Part shown: positions 17,571-27,600 of the stretch, piece by piece
Position numbering within the stretch: the first letter of the stretch is position 1
Layout: the number at the start of each line of letters is the position of its first letter
Assembly: GCA_051747805.1 (NCBI GenBank)
Contig: JBNJGP010000030.1
Coordinates: forward strand, 1 to 31,606
Direction of reading: 5' to 3'
DNA length: 31,606 nt
Origin: Candidatus Muiribacteriota bacterium
Lineage (GTDB): Bacteria > Muiribacteriota > Muiribacteriia > Muiribacteriales > Muiribacteriaceae
Position numbers and translations under genes: made by a program
Notes under the pieces: generated by a model
The model's database searches: none
The model's input: only the letters and a program-made list of their open reading frames with translations
Told to the model about the DNA's origin: nothing

Positions 17571-19667
17571 TTATTTGCTTATTTTTAAATCTACAACAGG
17601 TATAATATCATTATTGTAAACAGTAATATATTCCTGTCCGGAATAAGGAAACTCTATTTCGCCTCTATTATCTGTAACACCTGAATATACCTTGTTTAAA
17701 TCATCGCTATAGGATGAAACAGTTAAACCGCTTCTGTTAAGACCATTTACAGCTACTAAAACTTTATCATCGACAACAACAGCTTCGGCTGAGATCGTCT
17801 GAGGTTTCTGGGTTCTTAAACTAACTGTTCCTTCCCCAAAATATATTTTTTGTTCAATCAGTTTATTACCTTCAGAATTATCCGAAGCACCATAATTTTC
17901 AGTAACTTTTAACAATCCATAAAGATTAACAACAGTTGCCGTTGCGTTTAAGTCTTCCCCAAGCTGATTATGAATAATCTCAGCCTGCCAGTCACATGGT
18001 GGAACCCAGGATTCATTTGTAGAACCAGCTGCAATACCAATCGCACCTGCTGGATTGCTTTCACTTCCAGCTCTCATCCACGCTTCTGCAAAACATTCAT
18101 CCTTGTGTAAAGCTCCATTAACGCAGGCAACATCCCAGATTACAGGATATTTACCGTAGTTGTTCAGTGAATGAGCATCATCAGTATTAAATCCTGAAGT
18201 AACCCAGGTATAATTTGAACCATGTCCAATATAATTTATTATTGATACTCCAGAATTTAGGGCATCAAAAACAATAGATTTGTCTTCAGAATTATTTGAA
18301 GCATCAAATCTAAAATCTGAAACACTCCATAAAACGGGAGGCAACTGACCGGGACCACTTCCCGGATTAGATGGATTAAACGGATCATTCGGATTGGGGT
18401 TAAATGGATCATAAGGCTCAGGATGTGGATTGTAACTTCCACCTGAACTTGCTTCAGGAGCATAACATTCCCAAACTTTTGAAAAATTCATCTTGTTTTT
18501 TAAAGATTGAGTTAATTTATCACTTCTTTCATAATCAGTTGGTGTGCCTTCATTTGAAGCAATTCCCAGACCTTTTTTATACCAGTTATAATCATCTGTA
18601 ACAGCCATTTCATATTCAATAGTTTTTTTAACCATTTTATTAACATCTGAAATATTCTTAACAGATAACCTGGAAATAAAACCATCCGGAATATTATCAT
18701 TACCTGAGAGTTTCATATACATATTATCAGAATTTGCCCCTTCGTATTTTCCTTTTAAAGTTGGAATATGTTCAATATCACCAACAAGAGTAACAAAGGT
18801 TAAATCACCATTATTATATTTTTTCTGAAAATAATTTTTTAAACTATCTGCACTTCTAGCAACATTATTATATTTAACAACTTCCACATCAAAACCAGTT
18901 TTCTTTTTCCAGTCTGCAAGAGGCAAAACAGCCTCATAAAAATCATCGCAAACAACAATTAACAGATTTTTCTTTTCTTCAGGCACATTTATACCATTTC
19001 TAGTTTGGAATGGAGAGTTATAATTTAAAAAAACCTCATCATAAATTTTTTCAAAATCCGAACTAATATTACCGCTTACTCTAACATTAGCGCTGCGATA
19101 ATTTTTTGGATTTACAGAAATGGTTAACTTATTATAAATTCTAAGTTTATTTTGTTCGGGATTAAATTGAAAAGGAGTAACTTCAACACGTAAACCTGAA
19201 ATATCCCTTAAAATAAAATTTTCAAAATTTGAAATCATTTCCTTGTCAGATGGATACCATTTATTCTGTGAATAAATATCAGAAAATTCATAAGGAACAT
19301 CTTCTGGATTAACATTTCTTGTAAGAGCCCCTTTAGAGGGCACAATGGAAATATTCTCTACTTCAATAAACTCACTGGCAACTATCTCTAAATCTGCTCC
19401 GCCCTTAGGAACAGCAAGAAAAGCCGATACAGTTCTCAATTCCGGCTCCCCTTTTTTTAAAGTTAAACCAGAATTTTCCATGTTTAGCTTTGTAAAAGTT
19501 TTATCCTCGATTTTAACCTTTTCAGCCAACAAACCCTCAACATCAATTTCAATATCAACTAAAATATCATCGGTTCGCATACTTTTAACCGACTTATGAG
19601 CTGTAGCAGCATTTACAAACGCTGATACAATAAACAAAGTTAACAGAATTACAATAAATTTTTTCAT
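17571..19667 (-). CDS. Peptidase C25 (gingipain R-like cysteine protease) with propeptide
   Basis: Signal peptide, C25 propeptide, LVGD, SRLSV, catalytic INYIGHGS and WDVACVNG, CFAEAWMRA, short Ig-like C-terminus. Confidence 0.92.
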   Translation of the reverse strand: MKKFIVILLTLFIVSAFVNAATAHKSVKSMRTDDILVDIEIDVEGLLAEKVKIEDKTFTKLNMENSGLTLKKGEPELRTVSAFLAVPKGGADLEIVASEFIEVENISIVPSKGALTRNVNPEDVPYEFSDIYSQNKWYPSDKEMISNFENFILRDISGLRVEVTPFQFNPEQNKLRIYNKLTISVNPKNYRSANVRVSGNISSDFEKIYDEVFLNYNSPFQTRNGINVPEEKKNLLIVVCDDFYEAVLPLADWKKKTGFDVEVVKYNNVARSADSLKNYFQKKYNNGDLTFVTLVGDIEHIPTLKGKYEGANSDNMYMKLSGNDNIPDGFISRLSVKNISDVNKMVKKTIEYEMAVTDDYNWYKKGLGIASNEGTPTDYERSDKLTQSLKNKMNFSKVWECYAPEASSGGSYNPHPEPYDPFNPNPNDPFNPSNPGSGPGQLPPVLWSVSDFRFDASNNSEDKSIVFDALNSGVSIINYIGHGSNYTWVTSGFNTDDAHSLNNYGKYPVIWDVACVNGALHKDECFAEAWMRAGSESNPAGAIGIAAGSTNESWVPPCDWQAEIIHNQLGEDLNATATVVNLYGLLKVTENYGASDNSEGNKLIEQKIYFGEGTVSLRTQKPQTISAEAVVVDDKVLVAVNGLNRSGLTVSSYSDDLNKVYSGVTDNRGEIEFPYSGQEYITVYNNDIIPVVDLKISK

Positions 19668-19678
19668 AAATTCCCCCT

Positions 19679-22246
19679 TTAAAAAGAATATTTTATAATT
19701 TTATTTGTTTCTCTTACAGTTAAATACAAATAATTTTCATCTATACCTAAACCATGAAATTTTGTATTAGAAGATGAATTTGGTATTTCTATAGTTTTAT
19801 CAAATTCAATGCTTTGTGAATTAATATCGTAAACTAAAATATTCCAAAGTTGAGAATTATCTCCTGAAATATTTAATATATATAATTTATTACCATCAGG
19901 TGAAATTTTCAAATCCTGTGTGATTCGTTCAAAGTCGTTTCCTGACAGAATATCTGCATCTGTTATTTTATTTAGTGAAGTATCATAAACAATAATTTTC
20001 TTTTGTGTTGCAATATAAATCCTGTTATTTGCAAAAGCTATTTTACCATGCTTATCAAATTTTAAATCTTTTTTTGTAAATGTTTTTTCACTCCAGTTAA
20101 TTTTTAAAATAAATGCCTTGTAGGTTTCTTCTTCAATAAAATCATAATCATAAAAACAATAAAGATTACCTTCATTATCTTCGACAACTTCGCACCCAGG
20201 AGTTGGTGGCAATTCAAAACCTAAATTTATATCAAAATCTTCAGGCAAAATTTCATCTTTAAGAGGATGACCCTCATCAGCATCTACCTTACCAAAAGCT
20301 ATTTTCATTGAATTTTCTTTTTCTAAATTATTCTTATATTTTGTTATTTTTTGATACTTATACGTATAATTGCAATCAGGTTCTTTTGCTAAAATTTCTT
20401 CAGTTTTGATAATGTTTTGCTTATTATTTGCAATGGCAATTTTTATGAAATTATCAACTCCTAAAAAGCCAATTTTCTCCAAATTATCATTATATTTGAA
20501 AATACCAATATGCTCGTCATTTTGAGACTCTACAATAAAAAGATTATTATAATCATCAGAAATCAACTGGCTTGGTTTATTATCAATAAGCTTAGATTTT
20601 ACAATTGTTAAAGTATTTTCAGCAACTTCCCCAACATTAATTTTTAATTTTACTTCAGCAGTGTCTTTTGTGTCCCAGTATTTATTTTTATGTTCAAAAA
20701 CATATTTTAAATCGGCAATACCATCAGAATCAGGCGCAATATAATCCCCGGTTGATGAATTATAGCTACCAAAATCATTTTCTAAACTCCAGTTAGAAAC
20801 ATTGTTAGGAATTTCAATTTCAGAATTATTAAAAATAGCTCCAATATTCAGGTCTGTTAGTTTAGTACTTTTATCTTTTTCGATATTAATTTCATCATTA
20901 GATAGAACAAGTCCTGATAATTTAGGCCCATAAGTTAAATCCCAACCTAAATTTGTAGCTGGATCTGATAAATTGAATTCAGCCGACAATTCTTTTGTAA
21001 ATAATTGTAATGAAGCCTCGAAATCTGATTGAATACCAGTTCTGATTCCCCATTCATATTTCAGGGGATAGCTACCACCATCTTTAAATTCATTAGCATC
21101 TATATCTATTTCATTATAAACACCTGCATATAGTGATAGTCTTGGTCCGCCTAAAACAGAATAAAAATTTGCGTTAAGTTTTGGCCCTGCATAAAATTTC
21201 AAATTTCCATTTCCAGTTATCTCAGCTTTATTATTACTTAAATTTTTATCATACTCTCTAATTTCATCCCAAGTATCATCAACTTGAGTGTAAATAACAC
21301 CAAATCTTGCATTATCAACATAATTAACACTAACTTCTGCTGTAGCATTAAAATCACCGGTCATTCCAATATTAAAAGGAATTTCTACATCTATCCATAC
21401 TGGAATTGGAGGTGCTGGTGGCAATACTGCCATAAATTTAACTTTTGTATTAACAAGTTTTCCTATTGTAAATTCTTTTGCATCATCAGAAATTTGCCCA
21501 GTTGCAGTTGCTCTCAGTCCAAAATTTGAATCCTGCTGTGTTCTTAAACCTGTATAAAAATAATTGAAACCATCATAAAATTTTAAATTTAATAAAAAAC
21601 TCATTTTCAAATCAACATCACCAAAAGCAGTTAGTTTAGTGTTTGTATTACTGTATATTTCCTTTTCAAAATCAAAAAAAATTGAACTTTCCGAGCTTAT
21701 TGGGGATTTTCTAATTGGTGAATATTTATTATCAGGCAACGAAAAATCCTCAGATGTAACAGGTACATCAATAATTATTTCACCATATTTAATAACTTCA
21801 TCAATTTTTACATCTTCTATTCCTACAGCAATTTCATTTCCAAAACGATCAATTGATGATATTTTCTTAAAGGGATAAAAATCAACTATATCAGATTGTT
21901 TTTCTGAAACTATAAAAATTTCTCCGGTACTGAAACTAAAAATTTCATTAGTGTCTAAAACAAAATTCATCTCATCCTCAGTTATATTTGTTAAAGAATC
22001 AATCCATTCATCATTCATAATCACATTATCATATAATTCTGGTTCAGCAGAGGTTAGATCTTCATTTTCTGGCTTATTTATAGAAACCTCGCCAATATCT
22101 TTAATTGACTGCTGCTGAGTTTTTGTAAAATCATAGGTTTCTACTTCATGGTTATTCGAAGAGCCCCCGCCACCACAACCTGTAATTAAATTTGAGGTAA
22201 TTATTAAAATAACAATCCCCATCCAAATTATAGTCCTTTTAGACAT
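19679..22246 (-). CDS. Large hypothetical surface lipoprotein; beta-rich, with a possible C-terminal beta-propeller
   Basis: Lipobox ITG-C followed by GGGGSS. The C-terminus has propeller-like strands (KISPDGNKLYI, HGLGIDENYLYLT). No family recognised. Confidence 0.7.
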   Translation of the reverse strand: MSKRTIIWMGIVILIITSNLITGCGGGGSSNNHEVETYDFTKTQQQSIKDIGEVSINKPENEDLTSAEPELYDNVIMNDEWIDSLTNITEDEMNFVLDTNEIFSFSTGEIFIVSEKQSDIVDFYPFKKISSIDRFGNEIAVGIEDVKIDEVIKYGEIIIDVPVTSEDFSLPDNKYSPIRKSPISSESSIFFDFEKEIYSNTNTKLTAFGDVDLKMSFLLNLKFYDGFNYFYTGLRTQQDSNFGLRATATGQISDDAKEFTIGKLVNTKVKFMAVLPPAPPIPVWIDVEIPFNIGMTGDFNATAEVSVNYVDNARFGVIYTQVDDTWDEIREYDKNLSNNKAEITGNGNLKFYAGPKLNANFYSVLGGPRLSLYAGVYNEIDIDANEFKDGGSYPLKYEWGIRTGIQSDFEASLQLFTKELSAEFNLSDPATNLGWDLTYGPKLSGLVLSNDEINIEKDKSTKLTDLNIGAIFNNSEIEIPNNVSNWSLENDFGSYNSSTGDYIAPDSDGIADLKYVFEHKNKYWDTKDTAEVKLKINVGEVAENTLTIVKSKLIDNKPSQLISDDYNNLFIVESQNDEHIGIFKYNDNLEKIGFLGVDNFIKIAIANNKQNIIKTEEILAKEPDCNYTYKYQKITKYKNNLEKENSMKIAFGKVDADEGHPLKDEILPEDFDINLGFELPPTPGCEVVEDNEGNLYCFYDYDFIEEETYKAFILKINWSEKTFTKKDLKFDKHGKIAFANNRIYIATQKKIIVYDTSLNKITDADILSGNDFERITQDLKISPDGNKLYILNISGDNSQLWNILVYDINSQSIEFDKTIEIPNSSSNTKFHGLGIDENYLYLTVRETNKIIKYSF

Positions 22247-22366
22247 AATTCCCCCCGATATTTTATTTTTTAAATATAAATGCAGGATTAAACATTAGGG
22301 ATTGATAATCAGAGAGTGGTTCAAACTTTAAATTATGTTAGAGAAAATTATTATTCAATCCCTTAT
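22244..22366 (-). repeat. Conserved 5' leader, copy 2
   Basis: Near-identical to 2157-2280 (8 differences). The inverted repeat AGGGATTGA...TCAATCCCT is perfect in this copy. Confidence 0.95.
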
Positions 22367-22403
22367 TTAATCAAAACTCAAGATAATAATTATAGTTAAA
22401 ATT

Positions 22404-22432
22404 ATATTAATATAAATATTTACATATGTCAA
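22404..22432 (-). promoter_or_regulatory. Sigma70 promoter for the lipoprotein/C25 operon
   Basis: TTGACA (22432-22427), 17-nt spacer, TAATAT (22409-22404); nearly the same distance from the ATG as in copy 1. Confidence 0.7.
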
Positions 22433-22439
22433 GTTTGAT

Positions 22440-22566
22440 CACCAATTCTCAATTTAGCCGAAAATCCTTTTGTGGTCAGGCCTACACACTTTGCTTTTTC
22501 GCAAAGTGATGTCGGCGCTGACCCCATCAAATCAAGGATTTTCTCTATTTTTATTTAGAATTGCTG
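22440..22566. mobile_element. 127-bp hairpin MITE, copy 1
   Basis: Ends CACCAATTCTCAAT / ATTTAGAATTGCTG; flanked by AAGTTTGAT (22431-22439) and AAGTTTGCT (22567-22575), an 8/9 target-site duplication. Confidence 0.85.
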
Positions 22567-22574
22567 AAGTTTGC

Positions 22575-23834
22575 TTACAGTTTTAATAAATTTGTTATTG
22601 AATTATCTGATTTTATCTGAATTTGAATTTTTTTACATCTGTTAGAAGAATTAACCATCACAATTATTTCTGAAGAATTATTATATCTACTGAAAATAAA
22701 ATGCTCATGCTCAACTTTTATTTCTCTATATTTCCCATTTATCAAAACCTCATTATTTTTTCTGATATGGGCGAGTTTTTTAATAAATTCAAAAATTCTT
22801 TTTTCACTTTTTTCAAATTTTTTATTTAAACTCAATTCGGGCCGTAAAATCCAGTCATCGTTATTTTTAATTCCTTTCAGTTTAAATTCAGTTCCATAAT
22901 AAATAGACGGAATTCCTGGTATTGTAAATAAAAGTACAAGAATTGCAAAAATATTTTCTTTAGAATTTAAAACCGAGTATATCCTTGAAACATCATGATT
23001 ATCAATAAAGTTGTATAGTTTATAATTTTGATATATTCCTTCGTGGCCGAATAACCGTTTAAGCGAGTATGCGATTTCATAAAAATTTTTATCATTAAAA
23101 CTTGAATACATACCTTTATAACATTCATAATTTGTTACAGAATGAAGTTTATTTTCACCAAGCCAATTTCTGTAATCACCATGAACAACCTCGCCCATAA
23201 GCCAGAAATCAGATTTAATTCCAGAAGTGAAATTTCTCAATTTTTCAATAAAGGATATATCCAGACTATCCGCCGCATCTAATCTTAATCCATCGATATT
23301 AAATTCATCTATCCAGTATTTTACAGAATGTAAAAGATAATCTATAACCTCTGAGTTATTCAGATTATATTTAACAAGCAAATCAACACCGTTCCAGCCA
23401 TAATAACTGAAACCATCATCATATTGATTATTATTTGAAAAATCCACCTTGTAAAACCAGTTTTTATATTGTGAATTTTCTTTATTTATTTTTAAATCCT
23501 GAAAAAACGGGTTTTCTCTGCCACAATGGTTAAATACAGCATCAAAAACTATTTTAAATCCAGCATTTTTTAATTTTTCAATAACAGCTTTTACACTAAA
23601 ATTATCACCTAGCCTGTTATCAATTTTTTGTAAATCCACAATATCATAACCATGCGATGAGCTTTCAAAAAGAGGTCCGAATAATATAGTATCTATCCCC
23701 AGATTTTTAAGATAATCAACATCATCCAAAATCTTATCAAACCTGAATTTTATATTTGATATTGAATTTTTTTCTGCTCCGCAGTATCCCAGTGGAAAAA
23801 TATGGTAAATTTGTGCATTATCATACCAACTCAT
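22575..23834 (-). CDS. GH13 alpha-amylase family glycosyl hydrolase (neopullulanase/cyclomaltodextrinase-like, cytoplasmic)
   Basis: SSHGYD, DAVFNH, GLRLDAAD, MGEVVH, FIDNHD, GIPSIYYG; RBS GGAGG. Confidence 0.92.
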   Translation of the reverse strand: MSWYDNAQIYHIFPLGYCGAEKNSISNIKFRFDKILDDVDYLKNLGIDTILFGPLFESSSHGYDIVDLQKIDNRLGDNFSVKAVIEKLKNAGFKIVFDAVFNHCGRENPFFQDLKINKENSQYKNWFYKVDFSNNNQYDDGFSYYGWNGVDLLVKYNLNNSEVIDYLLHSVKYWIDEFNIDGLRLDAADSLDISFIEKLRNFTSGIKSDFWLMGEVVHGDYRNWLGENKLHSVTNYECYKGMYSSFNDKNFYEIAYSLKRLFGHEGIYQNYKLYNFIDNHDVSRIYSVLNSKENIFAILVLLFTIPGIPSIYYGTEFKLKGIKNNDDWILRPELSLNKKFEKSEKRIFEFIKKLAHIRKNNEVLINGKYREIKVEHEHFIFSRYNNSSEIIVMVNSSNRCKKIQIQIKSDNSITNLLKL

Positions 23835-23861
23835 ATTATAATCCTCCCTTATGTAAAACTA

Positions 23862-23988
23862 CACCAATTCTCAATTTAGCTGAAAACCCTTTTGTGGTCA
23901 GGCCTACACACTTTGCTTTTTCGCAAAGTGATGTCGGCGCTGACCCCATCAAATCAAGGATTTTCTCAATTTTCATTGAGAATTGCTG
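23862..23988. mobile_element. 127-bp hairpin MITE, copy 2
   Basis: 122/127 identical to copy 1; ends CACCAATTCTCAAT / ATTGAGAATTGCTG; perfect 9-bp duplication GTAAAACTA (23853-23861 and 23989-23997). Confidence 0.9.
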
Positions 23989-24026
23989 GTAAAACTAACT
24001 ACATTTATAATTAAATAAAAAATATA

Positions 24027-24608
24027 TTAAGAAAAAATTCCATGCATAAACTGACGACAAGCTTCTTTAACATCATTATTATCAAGCTTTTCGTCAAAAA
24101 GAAGCATTAACGTAATATATGAATTTATTGTTGCTATAAATGTAATTGTAAACCTGGTTGCCCTTCCTTTCATATTACCATGCAGTTTCTGGGCTTTACT
24201 GAATATTTTTCTTATTATTTCATATTGAATATTATAATAATTTTCAGAAACTTTTGATACAAGGCTCTTATTAAAACCAATTCCAGATATTAAATAAAAC
24301 CTGTAAAAAGCCTTTTCATCTTCTGCAAAATCAAAAAAACATTTGATGACATTTTCAAGAGTATTTCTTAAAACTTTCTCTTCATATGAAAATTCAAATT
24401 TTGACGCTTGTGCAACTTTATCAAAAAAAGGGGTTAACTTTTCTCTGAAAATATCTTCAAGAATACCTTCTTTGCTACCAAAATAATGGTATAAAGTAGG
24501 TTTTGTTACACCAGACACCAGCGCAATTTCTTGAACTCCTGTATTTTCATAACCCTTATCAGAAAATAGCTCTAATGCATTATTCAGTATAATTTCTTTT
24601 GTATTCAT
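24027..24608 (-). CDS. TetR/AcrR family transcriptional regulator
   Basis: ALELFSDKGYENTGVQEIA...GVTKPTLYHYFGSKEGIL helix-turn-helix. Confidence 0.95.
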   Translation of the reverse strand: MNTKEIILNNALELFSDKGYENTGVQEIALVSGVTKPTLYHYFGSKEGILEDIFREKLTPFFDKVAQASKFEFSYEEKVLRNTLENVIKCFFDFAEDEKAFYRFYLISGIGFNKSLVSKVSENYYNIQYEIIRKIFSKAQKLHGNMKGRATRFTITFIATINSYITLMLLFDEKLDNNDVKEACRQFMHGIFS

Positions 24609-24614
24609 AAACTC

Positions 24615-24643
24615 ATTATACCGACCGGTAAGTATATTGTCAA
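24615..24643 (-). promoter_or_regulatory. Consensus sigma70 promoter with an embedded palindromic operator, immediately upstream of the TetR gene
   Basis: TTGACA (24643-24638), 17-nt spacer, TATAAT (24620-24615); imperfect palindrome ATACCGACCGGTAAGTAT at 24618-24635. Confidence 0.8.
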
Positions 24644-24648
24644 ATTAT

Positions 24649-27600
24649 TTATTCTACTCCAGGTCCATTTATTATACTTTTTCCATTTGACGAGGGTGAA
24701 ATATTAATTTGAATGGGGATTCTATCCTTTAAAGCAGGAATATGAGAAATTACACAAATTAATTTTTCATCATGTTTTAATTCTGAAAGCGTCTTAAGGG
24801 CAGTTTCAAGGAATTCTTCGTCTAAAGTACCAAAACCTTCGTCAAGAAACAATGAATTAACATACACTTTCTGGCTAAGCATTTCTGAAAGACCCAGAGC
24901 AAGAGTTAAACTTACAACAAAGCTTTCTCCGCCGGATAAATTCCTTATAGATCGAATTTCCCCTCCCTGATACTCATCAATAATAGATAGATTCAAATTT
25001 CCTTTGTCGCCTCTTAAAAGAAAATACCTGTCGGTCATTTTTTCTAATTGCCTGTTAGCATGAGAAATAATAAGATCAAAAGTAATTCCCTGTGCAAAAC
25101 TCCTGAATTTATCTCCCTCTTTTGAGCCAATTAATTTATTCAGCTTTTGCCATTTCTGAACTTCTTTCTCTTTTTTTGAAATTGCACTCTTTTTTTTATT
25201 AAATTTTTTTTGAAATTTTTCGTTTTCCGATATTTTAACATTTAACTTTATAACTTCTTTATCAATACTGTTTAATAACAGTTTATTCTGTTTTATTAGT
25301 TCATTTAGTTCACTAATATTTTTATCAGTTACTTTTTTGTTTTTTAGGCTTGTTAAATTCTCAGATTTTTCTTTTTTCCTTAATTCAATTTCTAATTTTT
25401 TATTTTCTAAAATTTTTTTATTATCAGATAATTTTTTTCTTTCGTCAGGGCTCAGGCGTTTTTGAATAAAATCTTTTTCGTTTTCAAACCCATTTTTTTT
25501 AATTTGATTATTAAACTTGTCATTTATTTTATTTAAAGTTGTTTTTTTATCTTTTATTCTATTTTCAACTTCCTCTATATTTGATTTTAAAATATTAAAA
25601 TTTTCACTTTCTTTATTAAAATGTTTTTTTAACTTTTCATGGTTACTCAACGCTTTATCCATTAATTTATTTAGATTCCTTTCCTGAACATCGGGATCTT
25701 TATTACCAAATAAGTTTTTTCTTTTTATTTTTAATTTTTTGAATTTTTCCTTCAATTTATCATATTTCTCTTTTTTTTCTTTAATATAATCATTTTCTAT
25801 CTCAATAATTTCATCAATATTTTTAATTTCTTTTTCTATGTTTTCTAAAGATTTTTTATATTTATCGTAATTTTCAGAATTACTTATCCACATCTGCTGT
25901 CTTCTTTGAAGCTCTTTCAGTAAGGAGTCGAAATCCCTATCCTGAATATTTTCAATATTCATTGGCTTTAATTCATTTGCCACATTTTCTTTAACTTCTT
26001 GAATTTTTTTAAAAATAACAGCAATACCATCCTGTAATTCCTTGATTTTCTGAGAAAGATTTTCATTATCTTTGTGGCTGTTATTTTTTTTAATTTCTAT
26101 TTTATTTAGATTTTTTCTTTCAGATTTTAATTTATTTTCTTTATTATCTATCAATTTCTGATATTTTTCTACTTCATTTATTATAGATTCAAGCTCGTCT
26201 ATTTTGCTCTCTGTGTCATCATAGTTAACATACACACTTTCAACAAATGGATGCTCTTTTGAACCACATAAAGGACAGCTTTCACCTTCTTTTAACTTTT
26301 TTCTTTCATCTTCGAGAGATTCAATCTTTTTGATTAATACTAATTCACGAAGAAAATTTTCCTTTTTTTCTCTAATTTCTCTGAGAGTTTTTCCATTAAG
26401 TATTTTTTGTATTTTGGTATTATTTTGTTTAATATTTGCACTGATATTATTAATTTCCTGTTCTTTTTCCTTGAAACTAATCTTATGCTTTTGTATATCA
26501 TCTTCAAGTTTTTGAACATTGTCAAAAAGTTCGCTTTTTAATTTTTGTATCTCTTTTATATCCCTTTGAAGGCTGATTAAATTATTTGTTTTCTCTTTAA
26601 TTCCTGTTAAATTTTTTATTAACCATTTGTCCTGAGCATTTTTTTCTAAATAATCTCCCACTAATTCAAATTCATTTTCTTCATTTTTTTTATTATTATA
26701 TTTTCTTTGTTTTAAATCTTTATTCTGCTCAATTTTTTTTAAATTATTTTTATAATCTTTTTCTGCTTCTAAAATATTTTTGTTAAGTAATTTTAAATCG
26801 TTATCAAGCAGGCGTACATTCTGAATTAATGGTATAATTTTTTTATTATTCTTTTGTGTTTCTTCTTTTTGCTGTGTGGATTTTTTTAATTCATCATAAA
26901 TTTTATCTAAATTCTTTTTTACCACTTTAAATCTGGCCTTATTATCTTCTAATTTAATTAAATTTTTATCCTGTTCTTTTTTATTTTCTTTTAGAATGGC
27001 AAAAGTTTCATCCAGATTAACGGCTATTTCCGCCCATGCAAGTTTTTCGCTATTTTCTTTAAAATCATCTATTGATTTAATTACTTTACTTTCTTCAGAT
27101 AATAAATCATTGATTTGTGCATTTATCTGCTGAATCTCGTTTAACCATCTAAGTCCCTCATTATATTTCTGAATTTTATTATTTACGTTTAATTTCTTTT
27201 TATTCATAATAATTAATTCATTCTCAATCCCCTTTAACTCCTTAGAATCCAATAAATTTATATTTTTTAATTCTCCAGCAAGTACTTTTAAATCATCCTG
27301 ATTTTCTTTATTAAATAAATATACTTTTTTTCCAATTTCAGAATATATTTTTGTGCCTGTAATTTGCTCAAGGAGTCTTGACTTCTCTTTTTCATCTGCA
27401 TTTAAAAAACTGTCAAAACTTCCCTGCGAAAGCATTATTGACCGCGTAAACTTTTCAAAATCCATTCCAGTATTTTCATTAACCCATTTAGTTATCTCGG
27501 TAATTTTATTAGATATAATATTTCCTTTTTCATCACTTAACTGTTGAGAGGGATTCTGGAGCTTTCCATCAACTTTTTTATTTGACCGCCTCTGACTCCA

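Noticed and set aside
22440..23988. Integron attC cassette, CRISPR array or composite transposon around the amylase
   Set aside because: There are no RYYYAAC/GTTRRRY core sites and no repeat-spacer periodicity. Each copy has its own distinct 9-bp duplication and no shared outer duplication.
23756..23992. 78-aa plus-strand ORF
   Set aside because: It merely reads through the amylase 5' end and MITE copy 2; no coding signal.
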